This document shows positions 39,750 through 49,559 of a stretch of 64,000 nt of DNA, one piece after another; position 1 is the stretch's first letter, and every line of letters starts with the position of its first letter. The stretch lies in IMG/VR virus record IMGVR_UViG_2576861453_000002; one strand, 5' to 3'. The notes under the pieces were generated by a model. The model was not told where the DNA came from and did not search any database. It saw only the letters and a program-made list of their open reading frames with translations. The translations under genes were made by a program, and so were the position numbers. Origin of the DNA: a virus. Its lineage: Duplodnaviria; Caudoviricetes.

Positions 39750-39923
39750 ATGAAAAAATTTATCGCACTGTTTTTAATTTCTTTTGGATTGTCTTCAGCA
39801 ACTGCATATGCGTGTACACAGTCGGGTGCACCAGGAGTTCTATGTAAACAAATTTGTAGCAAGTTCGCTCCTTTAAATGATAATTCTTACGCGGCCTGTA
39901 TGTTCGGGGCTACGAAAAAGTAA
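39750..39923 (+). CDS. small secreted 4-Cys peptide
   Basis: AGGAGG RBS, Sec signal ending AYA, 36-aa mature peptide, terminator at 39944-39968. Confidence 0.75.
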   Translation: MKKFIALFLISFGLSSATAYACTQSGAPGVLCKQICSKFAPLNDNSYAACMFGATKK

Positions 39924-39979
39924 GTTGCAATCATTCTGTAAGAAAAGCCCACTGAAGTGTGGGCTTTTACATTGAGCTT

Positions 39980-40246
39980 TCATAAATACTTCTTCGCTAG
40001 CACCTTCAGCTCCTCTTTCGCAGCGTCACCCAGCTGCTCTACACCGTTTTCCACGAATGCCAGGGCGGCTTCAAAATCATTCACTCCCGTCTTAACTTCT
40101 GCCGCCGGCGTCTCAACGGCAATTTCGGTGCCCGTATCAACGATTGCGGGTTGCTCAACTTCTGTGCTTGCAGCTGTTGTGTCAGTCACTTTTGTTTCCT
40201 CTGATTTCGTTGTGAGCCATGTCCAGGCTCGTTTGAAAATGTTCAT
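39980..40246 (-). CDS. small acidic protein of the lysis region
   Basis: 88 aa, coupled to the spanin gene. Confidence 0.65.
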   Translation of the reverse strand: MNIFKRAWTWLTTKSEETKVTDTTAASTEVEQPAIVDTGTEIAVETPAAEVKTGVNDFEAALAFVENGVEQLGDAAKEELKVLAKKYL

Positions 40247-40470
40247 TTGCTATCCCCGCATAACCTGTCCCACAAATCGTTATGCGCGTTAATGGCCCGC
40301 ACAGTGCGAATATCCATTACGTCAGCGTCTTTACCGTGGGTGTGAATTGGCTGGAATAGTGTGCAGGAGGAATCAACGGTTACTGTATTAGTCTTCGGAG
40401 TTGTATTTTGACTTGCGCAGCTTGTCGCGACTAGCGTCATCAGTAAGAGCGTCGTTCTCAGACTCCACAT
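40243..40470 (-). CDS. outer-membrane spanin-like lipoprotein (Rz1-like); start uncertain
   Basis: Lipobox ATSC; overlaps the i-spanin; HNDLWDRLC. Confidence 0.7.
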   Translation of the reverse strand: MWSLRTTLLLMTLVATSCASQNTTPKTNTVTVDSSCTLFQPIHTHGKDADVMDIRTVRAINAHNDLWDRLCGDSK

Positions 40471-40684
40471 TTTTTGCCACCTCAATGTTGTCACTCTGCT
40501 TTTTAGCTATTGCCTGAATCTGCGCTATTTCTTTCTCTGTAGCCGCAACATCCGCTTTAGCTTGCGTCTGTACAGTGCCGATTTTCTTACCGCCGAAATA
40601 GACGCTAACAAGCGCTACAGCTGCTGCAGCAATCCCAGCCACCCATTCCCAACCATTGGTAAAAATTGAGGCTATCCACGTCAT
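40388..40684 (-). CDS. inner-membrane spanin (Rz-like)
   Basis: N-terminal TM segment plus coiled coil, downstream of endolysin. Confidence 0.65.
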   Translation of the reverse strand: MTWIASIFTNGWEWVAGIAAAAVALVSVYFGGKKIGTVQTQAKADVAATEKEIAQIQAIAKKQSDNIEVAKNVESENDALTDDASRDKLRKSKYNSED

Positions 40685-41031
40685 GACGCTACCCCGCTTT
40701 GCATTTCTGCCTTTTTAGCCAACAGCTTTTTCTGCCGGACAAACTGCGACATAACTGCCATCGCTACCATAAAGGCGCCTATCATCCCCAAATAATTTTG
40801 CGGGAGATATGACTTGATATCAGGAGGCAGCATGTTCCAGGCATTCATAGCGGCATCAGGGAACGACTGCACCCACGCACTGATCGCGGAACCCGCCGAA
40901 GCCAGCCAGACAGACCACGCTTTAAACAGTAATCTCGCGTGACTGACGAATTCCAAAGAACTGTATTTGCGGATTAGCAACAGCGCTATCACGGCCACCA
41001 GCACAACGGCGATAAAAATCAGGAATTTCAT
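40681..41031 (-). CDS. holin-like membrane protein
   Basis: Three hydrophobic segments; KAWSVWL…RQ motif; adjacent to endolysin. Confidence 0.65.
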   Translation of the reverse strand: MKFLIFIAVVLVAVIALLLIRKYSSLEFVSHARLLFKAWSVWLASAGSAISAWVQSFPDAAMNAWNMLPPDIKSYLPQNYLGMIGAFMVAMAVMSQFVRQKKLLAKKAEMQSGVAS

Positions 41032-41495
41032 ATCAGCCCCTTGTAGGCTTCCATCGTGCCTGTGCGCATCACTTCAGCGTGACGTTTAGCCCGTGCCGGC
41101 GTTTGCCGGGCCCAGGCGCTGTTAAGCATGCCAGATGCCGCACCCGTAAAATTTTCAGCGGCAATCATTGCTAACGTGTTTTTGAATCCCGCCAAACCCT
41201 GCACGCCCATTTGAAACGACATACTTGTTAAAACGTCCTGCCGTGGGCCATTACAAGCGTTAATAGCCGCCATGATGATGGGCGTGGAGTGCATCTGAAC
41301 GAGGATTTTCGCTATAAGTGTTTGCAGCCAAACGTCAGAAACTTCTTTCGGCAATGTAAACGTGTAATACGACAGCGGCGCATTTTTCGGGCCAATCAGA
41401 AAACCAGTCCCGATAGTCGGGTAGCCGAGAGAATCATAATAAGGGGTCGCTTTAAACCCCTCTTCAAATCCAAGCAGGGGAATTATCTGGCTCAT
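41028..41495 (-). CDS. endolysin, T4-lysozyme-like (GH24)
   Basis: EEG…YYDSLGYPTIGTG; MSFQMG; SAWARQTPARAKR. Confidence 0.93.
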   Translation of the reverse strand: MSQIIPLLGFEEGFKATPYYDSLGYPTIGTGFLIGPKNAPLSYYTFTLPKEVSDVWLQTLIAKILVQMHSTPIIMAAINACNGPRQDVLTSMSFQMGVQGLAGFKNTLAMIAAENFTGAASGMLNSAWARQTPARAKRHAEVMRTGTMEAYKGLI

Positions 41496-41755
41496 TTTGG
41501 TGCGTCCTCTTGTACTACTTGTTTGACCTTGTCTGCGGTTTTTGTCGCCGTCTGGTCAGGTATCTGGTCCACTTTCAGCTTAATTTCCCCAACGGTCTTA
41601 TCTCGCTTGTCAGCTCGCTGTGAATACTGCGCTTGCGCTATGAAATAGCCTGTTGACGTCCCGCTTAGGTAAATACTGAATCCGGTAGCAATGACAATGA
41701 GCCACATGCGCCAAGTGATCGTTAACTCAGTATTCTTGAATGTGAAATGCATCAT
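41492..41755 (-). CDS. lysis-cassette membrane protein
   Basis: Single TM segment, coupled to endolysin. Confidence 0.6.
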   Translation of the reverse strand: MMHFTFKNTELTITWRMWLIVIATGFSIYLSGTSTGYFIAQAQYSQRADKRDKTVGEIKLKVDQIPDQTATKTADKVKQVVQEDAPK

Positions 41756-42159
41756 GGCTTGGCCTCCACCGCTGCGCGCAGCCTTACGACCTCAGCCGTA
41801 AGCTGTTGATTGGATTCGGTAAGTGTGGTGACCTGCTTTGATAATGACTCGTTCTGTCGCTTCAGATAGTCCTGAGAGCTTTCGATTATCTGTAGCCTGG
41901 CCTGAGTCTCAGTGATAGTTTTCCAATAATCCCGTATGACCTGTTCTTTCTGATCGATCTCTTCTTTCAGAAGGTTTATTTCACCCTGCATGCTCTCACG
42001 CACTTTTTCTTGCCACTCGAGCATGTTTACCTGTTGACGGTCATTTGCGGATAGCGTTTTATTGATGCTTAGCTGTCGGCCAAATGCCATCAGGCCGACC
42101 GCGCCAGTAGCAATAGCTGTACCAAAGCCCGTCGCTATAGATGTCCAATCAAAGGTCAT
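41752..42159 (-). CDS. lysis-cassette membrane/coiled-coil protein (holin or antiholin candidate)
   Basis: N-terminal TM segment then long coiled coil; first gene of the cassette. Confidence 0.6.
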   Translation of the reverse strand: MTFDWTSIATGFGTAIATGAVGLMAFGRQLSINKTLSANDRQQVNMLEWQEKVRESMQGEINLLKEEIDQKEQVIRDYWKTITETQARLQIIESSQDYLKRQNESLSKQVTTLTESNQQLTAEVVRLRAAVEAKP

Positions 42160-42304
42160 AAAATCACCGGCTATTTTCCGGTTGTACCGGCGCATGTGTG
42201 AGAAAAGAAAATGCAGCCGCCTACCCTAGAGGAATGGCAGGGGAAATCATCGGCGCGCTGAAATAAAAAAGGCCCGCCGAAGCGAGCCTTTAAGTCTTAT
42301 GAGA

Positions 42305-42715
42305 TTATGCAGCTTGTAGTTCTAGCCGCTTTCCGAGCGCCACCATAGCGCGCTGCACTGTATCTATTTTTGTTGAGTGATGCAGGTCAAACAGGCGTGT
42401 TACCTCCTGTTTTTTTACTCCCATGCGCGACGCCAGCTCAACCTGGGTTAAGCCGGAATCAACAAACGCATTAAGCAGCACCACTTTTGAAGCGACGCTA
42501 AGCGGGACGTCTACATAATCGCCAGTGATGACGCCGGGCGGTGGGACTTTACGATTATCCTCAAAGTAAAAATCAAACGAGGTAACCAACCCATCGAGCC
42601 CCATCGCCAATGCTTCCTCTCGCGTATCGCCCTGGGTAAGCGCCTCCGGGATATCGGGGAACGAGACAAAAAATCCCCCCTCATCGCACGGCTCAATATT
42701 AACGGGATATCGCAT
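42305..42715 (-). CDS. hicB: HicB antitoxin
   Basis: FFVSFPDIPEALTQGDT…; C-terminal HTH. Confidence 0.95.
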   Translation of the reverse strand: MRYPVNIEPCDEGGFFVSFPDIPEALTQGDTREEALAMGLDGLVTSFDFYFEDNRKVPPPGVITGDYVDVPLSVASKVVLLNAFVDSGLTQVELASRMGVKKQEVTRLFDLHHSTKIDTVQRAMVALGKRLELQAA

Positions 42716-42763
42716 ATCGTCTTAGTGAATCTCCGCGAGTACCAGCCCCGGAGGGCTGGTTTT

Positions 42764-42940
42764 TTATTTCAGGCCAAGCTGCTTAAGTATGGCCTTTCGC
42801 AGCGCTTCTTTTATCTCAGCTCCGGGATGCCTCGGCATTACGCTTCGCTTCCCGCCTAGTTTGAGCTTCAAATGGTTTGTGCCGTTTGAAACCTCTACCC
42901 CCTGAGATTCAAGCCACCGCCTGAACTCGCTTTGCTTCAC
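42764..42940 (-). CDS. hicA: HicA toxin (58 aa, below the ORF-track cutoff)
   Basis: GTG start with AGGAGG RBS; MKQSEFRRWLESQGVEVSNGTNHLKL…MPRHP. Confidence 0.93.
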   Translation of the reverse strand: MKQSEFRRWLESQGVEVSNGTNHLKLKLGGKRSVMPRHPGAEIKEALRKAILKQLGLK

Positions 42941-43134
42941 TACTCCTCCTGTCTGTTGAACATGGGACTATAGTAAACAATATTGCTTACCATGTCAACA
43001 TTTTTGTTTACTACATTTCAGGAGGTTTATAAAAAAGCCCCGGCGTTTTGCCGAGGCTGAATTAACTGGTAAGGCTGCTGACGTAGTCGTCACTCTTATC
43101 AGAATATCTTAAATTTTACGATCGTAAATAGTTT

Positions 43135-43869
43135 TTATGCGGCAATATCATTTAACCCCAGCATTTTTGATAGTTTCGTCAGCCCTTTCGGGGTCACCAA
43201 TACTTGCTCCACAACTTTTTCACTACCATCGGATCGTTCAACGGTTGTTATCTTATGTTCCAGCACGCCTGACTGAATACGATGCTGATAAGCAAGCCAT
43301 ACTTTTCCACCAGTACGGCGATAGATCCAATGATTTGCATACATTAGTTTGAACAGAAATTTCGGCTGCACCTGTAGGTGTTTTGCCGCATTAGTGATGC
43401 ACATACTACCCTCTGCTTTCGCAATGCGATCCAGCGCTTCAACATCTGGTTTCATTTCTTCGACTTTGTGTTCGAGCGCAATTACCTTCTCACTGTAAGT
43501 GAGCAATGTGCCACGCAGGAACTCCGCGTCGTTAAGAGCGGCCATAGGGTCGAAAGCTGGCGAGGCAATCAGTTTTTCCAGTTCCTGCCAGCGGTCGACC
43601 AGCTTGGCGGTGAACTCAGGGGAAAGCTGGGCCACGACAACAATACTGTCACGCTTACCCTGCTCGCCTTCAAACACGTACAGTTTTGACACCACCCCGT
43701 TCGCTGACTTTTCCCCATCCTCCATTGGAGGTTGGGATATCACGCCCGATGCAACCAATCTTTCTATTGCTCTCTTAACATTGTCATGCCTGCTTCCAAC
43801 CAGCTCGGCAATTTCCAGGCTGGACATAGTGACAACGTCGTTCTGTACTGCTAAATTGTCTTTAAGCAT
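43135..43869 (-). CDS. antirepressor (Rha-like N-terminus + KilA-C/ANT domain)
   Basis: MSSLEIAELVGSRHDNVKR; QVLVTPKGL. Confidence 0.9.
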   Translation of the reverse strand: MLKDNLAVQNDVVTMSSLEIAELVGSRHDNVKRAIERLVASGVISQPPMEDGEKSANGVVSKLYVFEGEQGKRDSIVVVAQLSPEFTAKLVDRWQELEKLIASPAFDPMAALNDAEFLRGTLLTYSEKVIALEHKVEEMKPDVEALDRIAKAEGSMCITNAAKHLQVQPKFLFKLMYANHWIYRRTGGKVWLAYQHRIQSGVLEHKITTVERSDGSEKVVEQVLVTPKGLTKLSKMLGLNDIAA

Positions 43870-43946
43870 TGATTGAACCTTTCCGTTAGTTGATGTCGAC
43901 CGCCAGCGGCCACTGGCGGTTTTTCTTTGCGCCATCCCTTGCGACT

Positions 43947-44495
43947 TCAGTGGAGCTTCCTTAATTTCTTCTGGTTAACTGGTACGTGAGTGAAAGCGTT
44001 TGGGCGATAACCAAGGTCGTTTGCTAAACCGAAAGCCACTTGCCGCATATCCTGTGCCTGCCCCAAAATCTCGAACCTTTCACCGGTCATGTCATCGCGT
44101 ATCTCTAGACGAGCTTTGTATCGATAGAAGGGGGTTAGATCCGGCTGCTTCTCAACTTCCCGATCTAATATATCTAGCACCCAGCGGCGGAATTGTTTCG
44201 CAACCGGTGTCTCGGCAAACATAGCGATCAGGTGAGCGCCACGAATTGAGAACACACGGACCTTTTTCTTACGTAAGCTATTGTTTATTCCATTGGTTGT
44301 CATATTGATAACCATTGACATAGCCGGCGTGAACTCGTCCTGGTTGCGGTTGAACAGGATGCTGACGGCTTTGGTATCAGCATATCCGAGGGCAATCGCC
44401 AATTCGGTAGACGTCAACCACATAGAACCGCCATCAATTACCGGGTGGAACGTGGTCCGCTGGAACTTCAATTCGTAACTTGCTATATTGTTCAT
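43947..44495 (-). CDS. BRO-N domain antirepressor-like protein
   Basis: ELAIALGY…FSIRGAHLIAMFAETPVAKQFRRWVLD. Confidence 0.88.
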   Translation of the reverse strand: MNNIASYELKFQRTTFHPVIDGGSMWLTSTELAIALGYADTKAVSILFNRNQDEFTPAMSMVINMTTNGINNSLRKKKVRVFSIRGAHLIAMFAETPVAKQFRRWVLDILDREVEKQPDLTPFYRYKARLEIRDDMTGERFEILGQAQDMRQVAFGLANDLGYRPNAFTHVPVNQKKLRKLH

Positions 44496-44523
44496 GTCGA
44501 TATCTCTAGCGGGATTAGACAAA

Positions 44524-45156
44524 TCAGAGGCCCTGACTATCGCTAATAGTTGGGGCTTCGCTCTTGTAATCATCTACTTCTTTTAATCCGGAAAATCTTT
44601 TATATTTTGTTTGACCATTACTTTTAAGGTGTCTTTTGTATACATTCGATGGAATCCCGAGATCTTTTTCTGGCCATCCTGCCGAGATTCTTTGTTCTAG
44701 CGTTCCTGGATTGACCTCTAACTGCTGCGCCCATTCATATATCGTTTTTATTTCACCGCCAATCTCATAGAATACGCGACCGAAACGTACACTTTCTCCT
44801 CCTCCGTATCGTTTAAACCCCATTCGTTGCCGCTTTCGATCAATCATGTCATTGGCATTGTCCTTTGCGTTCCCAAGATAAAGATGCATTGGATTACAAC
44901 ATGCAGGGTTGTCACATTTATGCAGAACCCACCACTTAGGTGCATATTGTGGGATAAAGCCATTTGCAATTTCATAAGCAAGACGATGTGAAGCCCAAGT
45001 GCGCCCCTCAAATGAGAACTGCCCGTACCCGCAATAATTTAGTGCGCCCTTCCACTCCATACACCCATCGGCATTAGGTTTACTTAGAAGCTTTTCGAAT
45101 TTGAGCTTCATCAGCCTGAGGTCTTGAATATCCTCTATTGATTTTCTTACCCTCAT
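44524..45156 (-). CDS. HNH endonuclease (homing-type)
   Basis: CMEWKG…HRLAY…VLHKCDNPACCNPMHL…N..D. Confidence 0.9.
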   Translation of the reverse strand: MRVRKSIEDIQDLRLMKLKFEKLLSKPNADGCMEWKGALNYCGYGQFSFEGRTWASHRLAYEIANGFIPQYAPKWWVLHKCDNPACCNPMHLYLGNAKDNANDMIDRKRQRMGFKRYGGGESVRFGRVFYEIGGEIKTIYEWAQQLEVNPGTLEQRISAGWPEKDLGIPSNVYKRHLKSNGQTKYKRFSGLKEVDDYKSEAPTISDSQGL

Positions 45157-45250
45157 TTCATCACCATTAGTATTTAAGTGTCATGAAGTATCATGTATAG
45201 TGAATCTTATGGCTCAAAACTAACCATGTCAATACACTTCAATACTAAAT

Positions 45251-45646
45251 ATGACTAAGCATGATGATTTGGCATCTCGATTGATTGAGCGACGCGCACA
45301 ACTAGGTTGGTCGCAAGAGCAGCTATCGAAAGAAACTGGTGTGGCCGCCGCCCAGATATCTCGCTACGAAGCACGGATCAACAAGCCGCGAGCAAATGTG
45401 ATCGCAAAATTGGCCAAAGGATTATTGGTTCCTTTCGCATGGCTAGCCAATGGAGATACATCAGAGTTTCGCATTGATGATGCACCTAAGGGGTTCATAG
45501 ACCTAATGCTTAACATACCTGACGATATTGCAGAGGATATGTCTAGGGCGGCTGCAACATATGGCATCAGTGAGGACGAATACATACTTAAGGCGCTTGA
45601 GGAATCGATTAAAGAAGACCTCATGAAAAACAAAAAGCCCACCTGA
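45251..45646 (+). CDS. XRE-family HTH regulator
   Basis: SQEQLSKETGVAAAQISRYE; divergent from the antirepressor block. Confidence 0.85.
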   Translation: MTKHDDLASRLIERRAQLGWSQEQLSKETGVAAAQISRYEARINKPRANVIAKLAKGLLVPFAWLANGDTSEFRIDDAPKGFIDLMLNIPDDIAEDMSRAAATYGISEDEYILKALEESIKEDLMKNKKPT

Positions 45647-45653
45647 TGGTGGG

Positions 45654-46043
45654 TTACGCCGCCACCTCGCGCGTGACGTACTTGTCCATATCAAGTTTTA
45701 TTTCCATTGCCATCAAGAAACCGTCCACCACGCCTTCCGCGTTCTGAAGTTTTTTCCCTATATGCGTATCAGAGCAATGATGCTCCGTGGCAAGCGTCAT
45801 AAATGTCTTACCAAAAACGTAGTAGTCGAATAGGAGGTCGTGTGTCGCGGGTTGTTTGCTGCGAAGTCCCGCCATGATTCCAGATATGACTAGGCCATCA
45901 TCATCTGTGCATTGTGTGCGCGACTTAATTTTAGATGGTATAAGGCCCATAAACCCGGCAGCTATGGGGGGCCAGTAAACATCCTCATGATTGTTGGCTG
46001 CCCAAGCGCCCCAACGTTCTAATACCTGCTGAATGTCTCTCAT
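45654..46043 (-). CDS. late antiterminator Q
   Basis: [15 protein letters not shown]…CTDDDG…LQNAEG. Confidence 0.92.
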   Translation of the reverse strand: MRDIQQVLERWGAWAANNHEDVYWPPIAAGFMGLIPSKIKSRTQCTDDDGLVISGIMAGLRSKQPATHDLLFDYYVFGKTFMTLATEHHCSDTHIGKKLQNAEGVVDGFLMAMEIKLDMDKYVTREVAA

Positions 46044-46636
46044 GCTGCATCCTCCCGGCTCGTCTTAAGCGCTTTAAGCTTGGCCCTGTATAGGGCCCTA
46101 ATTCGCTCATAATCCTCGCGGCGATATCTGACCGCATCATGTGGCCCCATGAGTCTGTCAAAACGCTCCAGACCGATTTTGGCTATTAGATTTGGCGTGT
46201 AGCTGGCTATGTTGCCTGAAAGATGGTTATTACAGACTGAACACTGCCTGTGACAATTGTCTTCATTGAACCTGAGTTCAGGATTTGCGCCCGTGGAACG
46301 ATAATGGCCGGCATGATATTGCCCATCGTGATATCGGTCGCAGCTGATACACGGCAACCCAGCGTCACGCTCCCGGATGTAGGTGTTAAAATCAGCTTGC
46401 GCCAGCTTTGCGAAATAGCTAAGAGGCTTAACGGAAAGCTTTCGTACTTTCAGCTTATCCCGTCTTGCCGCTTCTTCCTGCTTCCGCTTTTTTTCTAATA
46501 CGGCGATAGCTTTTTGCGTTTCCTTCTTCCGACGCTTTATGGCAAGCTTCGCGCCGCATTCTGGGCTACACCACTGGATATTCTGATAGGCTGGAATAAA
46601 CCATATTCCGCATTCTTTGCACTTACGCCTTGCCAT
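46040..46636 (-). CDS. ninG: NinG/Rap recombination endonuclease
   Basis: WCSPECG; RERD…CISC…HAGHY…[13 protein letters not shown]. Confidence 0.92.
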   Translation of the reverse strand: MARRKCKECGIWFIPAYQNIQWCSPECGAKLAIKRRKKETQKAIAVLEKKRKQEEAARRDKLKVRKLSVKPLSYFAKLAQADFNTYIRERDAGLPCISCDRYHDGQYHAGHYRSTGANPELRFNEDNCHRQCSVCNNHLSGNIASYTPNLIAKIGLERFDRLMGPHDAVRYRREDYERIRALYRAKLKALKTSREDAA

Positions 46637-46802
46637 ATACCCTCCTGCTGCGCACGCGGTCCCATCGCGCACGAAGTGGCGATATGAGAGCGTCGTATGT
46701 GATGATTTCAGTTGCCGGAATGTGTTTCTGTTTGCGGGGTTTGCTGTGGATGTAGATGAGCTTATCTTCGAGTTTTTGCCATGCTGAGCGCCTTCGGCTC
46801 AT
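46623..46802 (-). CDS. NinE-like protein
   Basis: Basic ~59 aa; I.TYD…LRARWDRVR; precedes ninG. Confidence 0.6.
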   Translation of the reverse strand: MSRRRSAWQKLEDKLIYIHSKPRKQKHIPATEIITYDALISPLRARWDRVRSRRVYGKA

Positions 46803-47134
46803 AGCCTCGCCCTCGCCTCTCGCTGACGCTGGTCGAACCAATAAACTTTGCTGTGTCGGCAGTACTCTTCGACGATATCAGGCACGCATTTACCGTTAAG
46901 CTCATCAAATACCGCCGCCCGGCTGGCGCTGATGTGATAGTGAACAAACTTCTTCGGGTCGCGAGTGCGGAATATCTTCTTATCAGCAAGCAGCTCAGGC
47001 ATAACTCTACTAATGTTCGTCTCATCAGTTTGCAAAGCTGCTGCTATCTCAAATCTGTTTGTCGCATCGTGATCGCGTACATAATCAACAATGAGCTGTT
47101 TTAGTGTTGAGCGTTTTCTCAGTAGTCTTGTCAT
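46799..47134 (-). CDS. HTH-containing hypothetical protein
   Basis: Winged-HTH-like pattern in the nin region. Confidence 0.6.
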   Translation of the reverse strand: MTRLLRKRSTLKQLIVDYVRDHDATNRFEIAAALQTDETNISRVMPELLADKKIFRTRDPKKFVHYHISASRAAVFDELNGKCVPDIVEEYCRHSKVYWFDQRQREARARL

Positions 47135-47143
47135 ACGGTAGCC

Positions 47144-47593
47144 TCAAAAATATGAGTAAAGCTGGTTGATGATGTTTTGGTTTTTGGTGCCGCCAAATAT
47201 TCGCTTAATGGCTGCGTTTATCAGCGCTGAGTAACACTGCTCAAATTCGTCCTGCTCCATGTTCCCGTACGCGAGGCTTTTCGCTTCCGTCCTAATGGAG
47301 CCGTCAAGCCGTACCGTCTGTTCGTAGTAACCTGCCAATATTGTCAGGTCTTTGCGAAAGCGGTCGAATTGAGCGGACTCGTCCATAAATTTCAGGTCGG
47401 TTTTATCAGCGGCCCAGTGGTCAAAGCAGAATTTAAAGAAAGCGAAAACTTTTCTATGAAATTGGGGGTTGCGGCTTAATTTTGCTTCGAGGGTGTACAG
47501 CTCTCCGTTTCTAAACTTTGCCAGCCTTGGCAGGTCCATATCGAACGCCGGGACAAAGACGCCGCCGGCGCTCTTTATCATTTCGATTTGCAC
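47144..47593 (-). CDS. DUF1367/NinB-like protein
   Basis: RNPQFHRKVFA…FRKDLTILAGYY…AKSL…M…F. Confidence 0.8.
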   Translation of the reverse strand: MQIEMIKSAGGVFVPAFDMDLPRLAKFRNGELYTLEAKLSRNPQFHRKVFAFFKFCFDHWAADKTDLKFMDESAQFDRFRKDLTILAGYYEQTVRLDGSIRTEAKSLAYGNMEQDEFEQCYSALINAAIKRIFGGTKNQNIINQLYSYF

Positions 47594-47608
47594 GGCTCAC
47601 CTCTCTTT

Positions 47609-48705
47609 CTAGCCATCTTTAACGGATATGCCTTCCGACTTAACAGCGTTTTCGCAGCGCTCCAGACAGTCATTCCAAATATCACTTTGTAGTGTTCCTG
47701 CGCATTCATAATTCGGAAATTCAAACACCAGCGCCGCACGGCTGGCCTGCCATGCCGCTTGCCAGGCTTCCCATTGATTTTGAGCTGTAAGGAAGAGATA
47801 TTTATTCCCTCTTTTCTCAACCGCTCGTGGGTACTGACCTTTGTCTGATGCCCAATATTCAAACCGCTGGCGCTCAATTTCATCTTTGTCGCTCATTCTT
47901 CCTCTCCCCGCTTCATCGCTTGCGCGGCACAAACAAAAAGGGCCGCTATTACAAGCAGCCCCACGATTAACTCTGTTAGATATGTGATCATCGCTCCTCC
48001 TTGCGATATATCAGGATTATCAAATCGCCTTTTTCCGCGAAACGTAAATATCCGCCCTCTGTTATCTTGTCCAACTCAAAGGCTTCATAAAACTCGTCCA
48101 CAGCTTTCTGACGGCGCGACGATTTCCGGCGCTTGCTCCATTGCCTGAGAAATATGCCCGTGAGCCACCCTCCGGCTCGGACAGTGATATACAGATATCC
48201 GACAATCATCAGGCCAATCGTCATCCATTCGCTAACGCTGATTTCTTTCATGATCCATCCTTCACTTTCAGGCCTGCGGCGCGAATGACTTTGCCGGCAG
48301 CGTTGATTCCAGCGTTATACCCCTCATCCCACTCTGTATCATTTTCTCCATTGCCAAGCAGATATCCGGTATCAATTTCAATAGCGGCGCGGGATGCCTG
48401 CCATGCTATCCAAAGAGCTTCGGTTACATCATGGTCAGGAGCATCCTTCACACTCCAGCCAGTCTCATCCCTGTACCATTCCTCAAAAACAATCCGGCTG
48501 TTCTTCATCCTTCCCCCTGTGTCTCGATAATGTCCTGCAAAATGTCGTGTGCCTCAGCAACCCTTTCGGCAATGACATCACGCATCATCCTGCCGTTCTC
48601 GTTCTCGACGGGGATAAGCTCAAGATTGTCAGCCATGCCGGCCAGTAAATCCCGAGCTTCTTCAATCGGGCCCGTCGGCTTGTGAAGTAGAATTACGTCA
48701 CCCAT
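47609..48705 (-). other. cluster of small nin-region hypothetical ORFs (47609-47896, 47988-48251, 48248-48508, 48505-48705)
   Basis: Translationally coupled small ORFs; two share WQASRAA. Confidence 0.6.
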
Positions 48706-49556
48706 TAGGCAGCACTCCGCGATCGGTAACTATCCCAGGTAAACGCGAGTGTGCAGCCGCCGCCATCGTTCATGCGGTCGATTACGCGCTCACCGATGAA
48801 GGCCGACAACTCATCTTTGGGCAAATTGCTGATTAATATCGTGGGCTTCATTTTCTCGTAGCGAGTATTGATAACCTCGAACAGGATCAGCTTTTCGGTA
48901 TCGCTTCCAAATTGCACTCCAACTTCGTCAATGATGAGCAGTGCCGGGTCCGTGTAGGCATGAATAACGTCATACTCTGAGCGTTCCGAATTCTTTCCCC
49001 AGGTCGATTTAAACGCCCTGCCTAGCCTTAACGCGGTTGTGAATAGGGCGGCGCTCTGGTGGACGGTAATGACATGCTTGGCAATAGCAAGTGCAAGATG
49101 GTTTTTCCCCGTGCCAGGCTTCCCGCACAAGACCAACCCGCCGCCCTGCTTCAAACGGTCTGGCCATTTCGATGCGTAGGCTTTGCAAAGCTTTAGACAG
49201 CGTGCGGCATCGTCGTTGACGGGCTCGTAATTATCCAGCGTCACGTCTGCAAAACGCTCGGGCAGGTTCAACTCTCCCATGAGCCTGTTTATCTCGTTGC
49301 GCTTACGCCTTTGGTCCGCTTCATCCGCATCCTGCTGCAACTTCACGAGCTTTTCGCGCAAGCACGCAGGACACTCGCTTTTTGTTTCCATAACTTTGCT
49401 AAGCACCAACATTTTCCGGCACCGTTGATTAAACGTTCCATGCTTATCACAGACAGCCTGTACCTCCTCATAAACCGTGTTTTCAATAGGCTTGGGTGGC
49501 GCGCTAATGTCTGCCAGTTTCTGCTTAATGGCCTCGATATTTTCTCGGTAGTCCAT
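48705..49556 (-). CDS. DnaC/IstB-like helicase loader ATPase
   Basis: GKPGTGKNH Walker A, LLIIDEVG Walker B. Confidence 0.92.
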   Translation of the reverse strand: MDYRENIEAIKQKLADISAPPKPIENTVYEEVQAVCDKHGTFNQRCRKMLVLSKVMETKSECPACLREKLVKLQQDADEADQRRKRNEINRLMGELNLPERFADVTLDNYEPVNDDAARCLKLCKAYASKWPDRLKQGGGLVLCGKPGTGKNHLALAIAKHVITVHQSAALFTTALRLGRAFKSTWGKNSERSEYDVIHAYTDPALLIIDEVGVQFGSDTEKLILFEVINTRYEKMKPTILISNLPKDELSAFIGERVIDRMNDGGGCTLAFTWDSYRSRSAA

Positions 49557-49559
49557 AGA

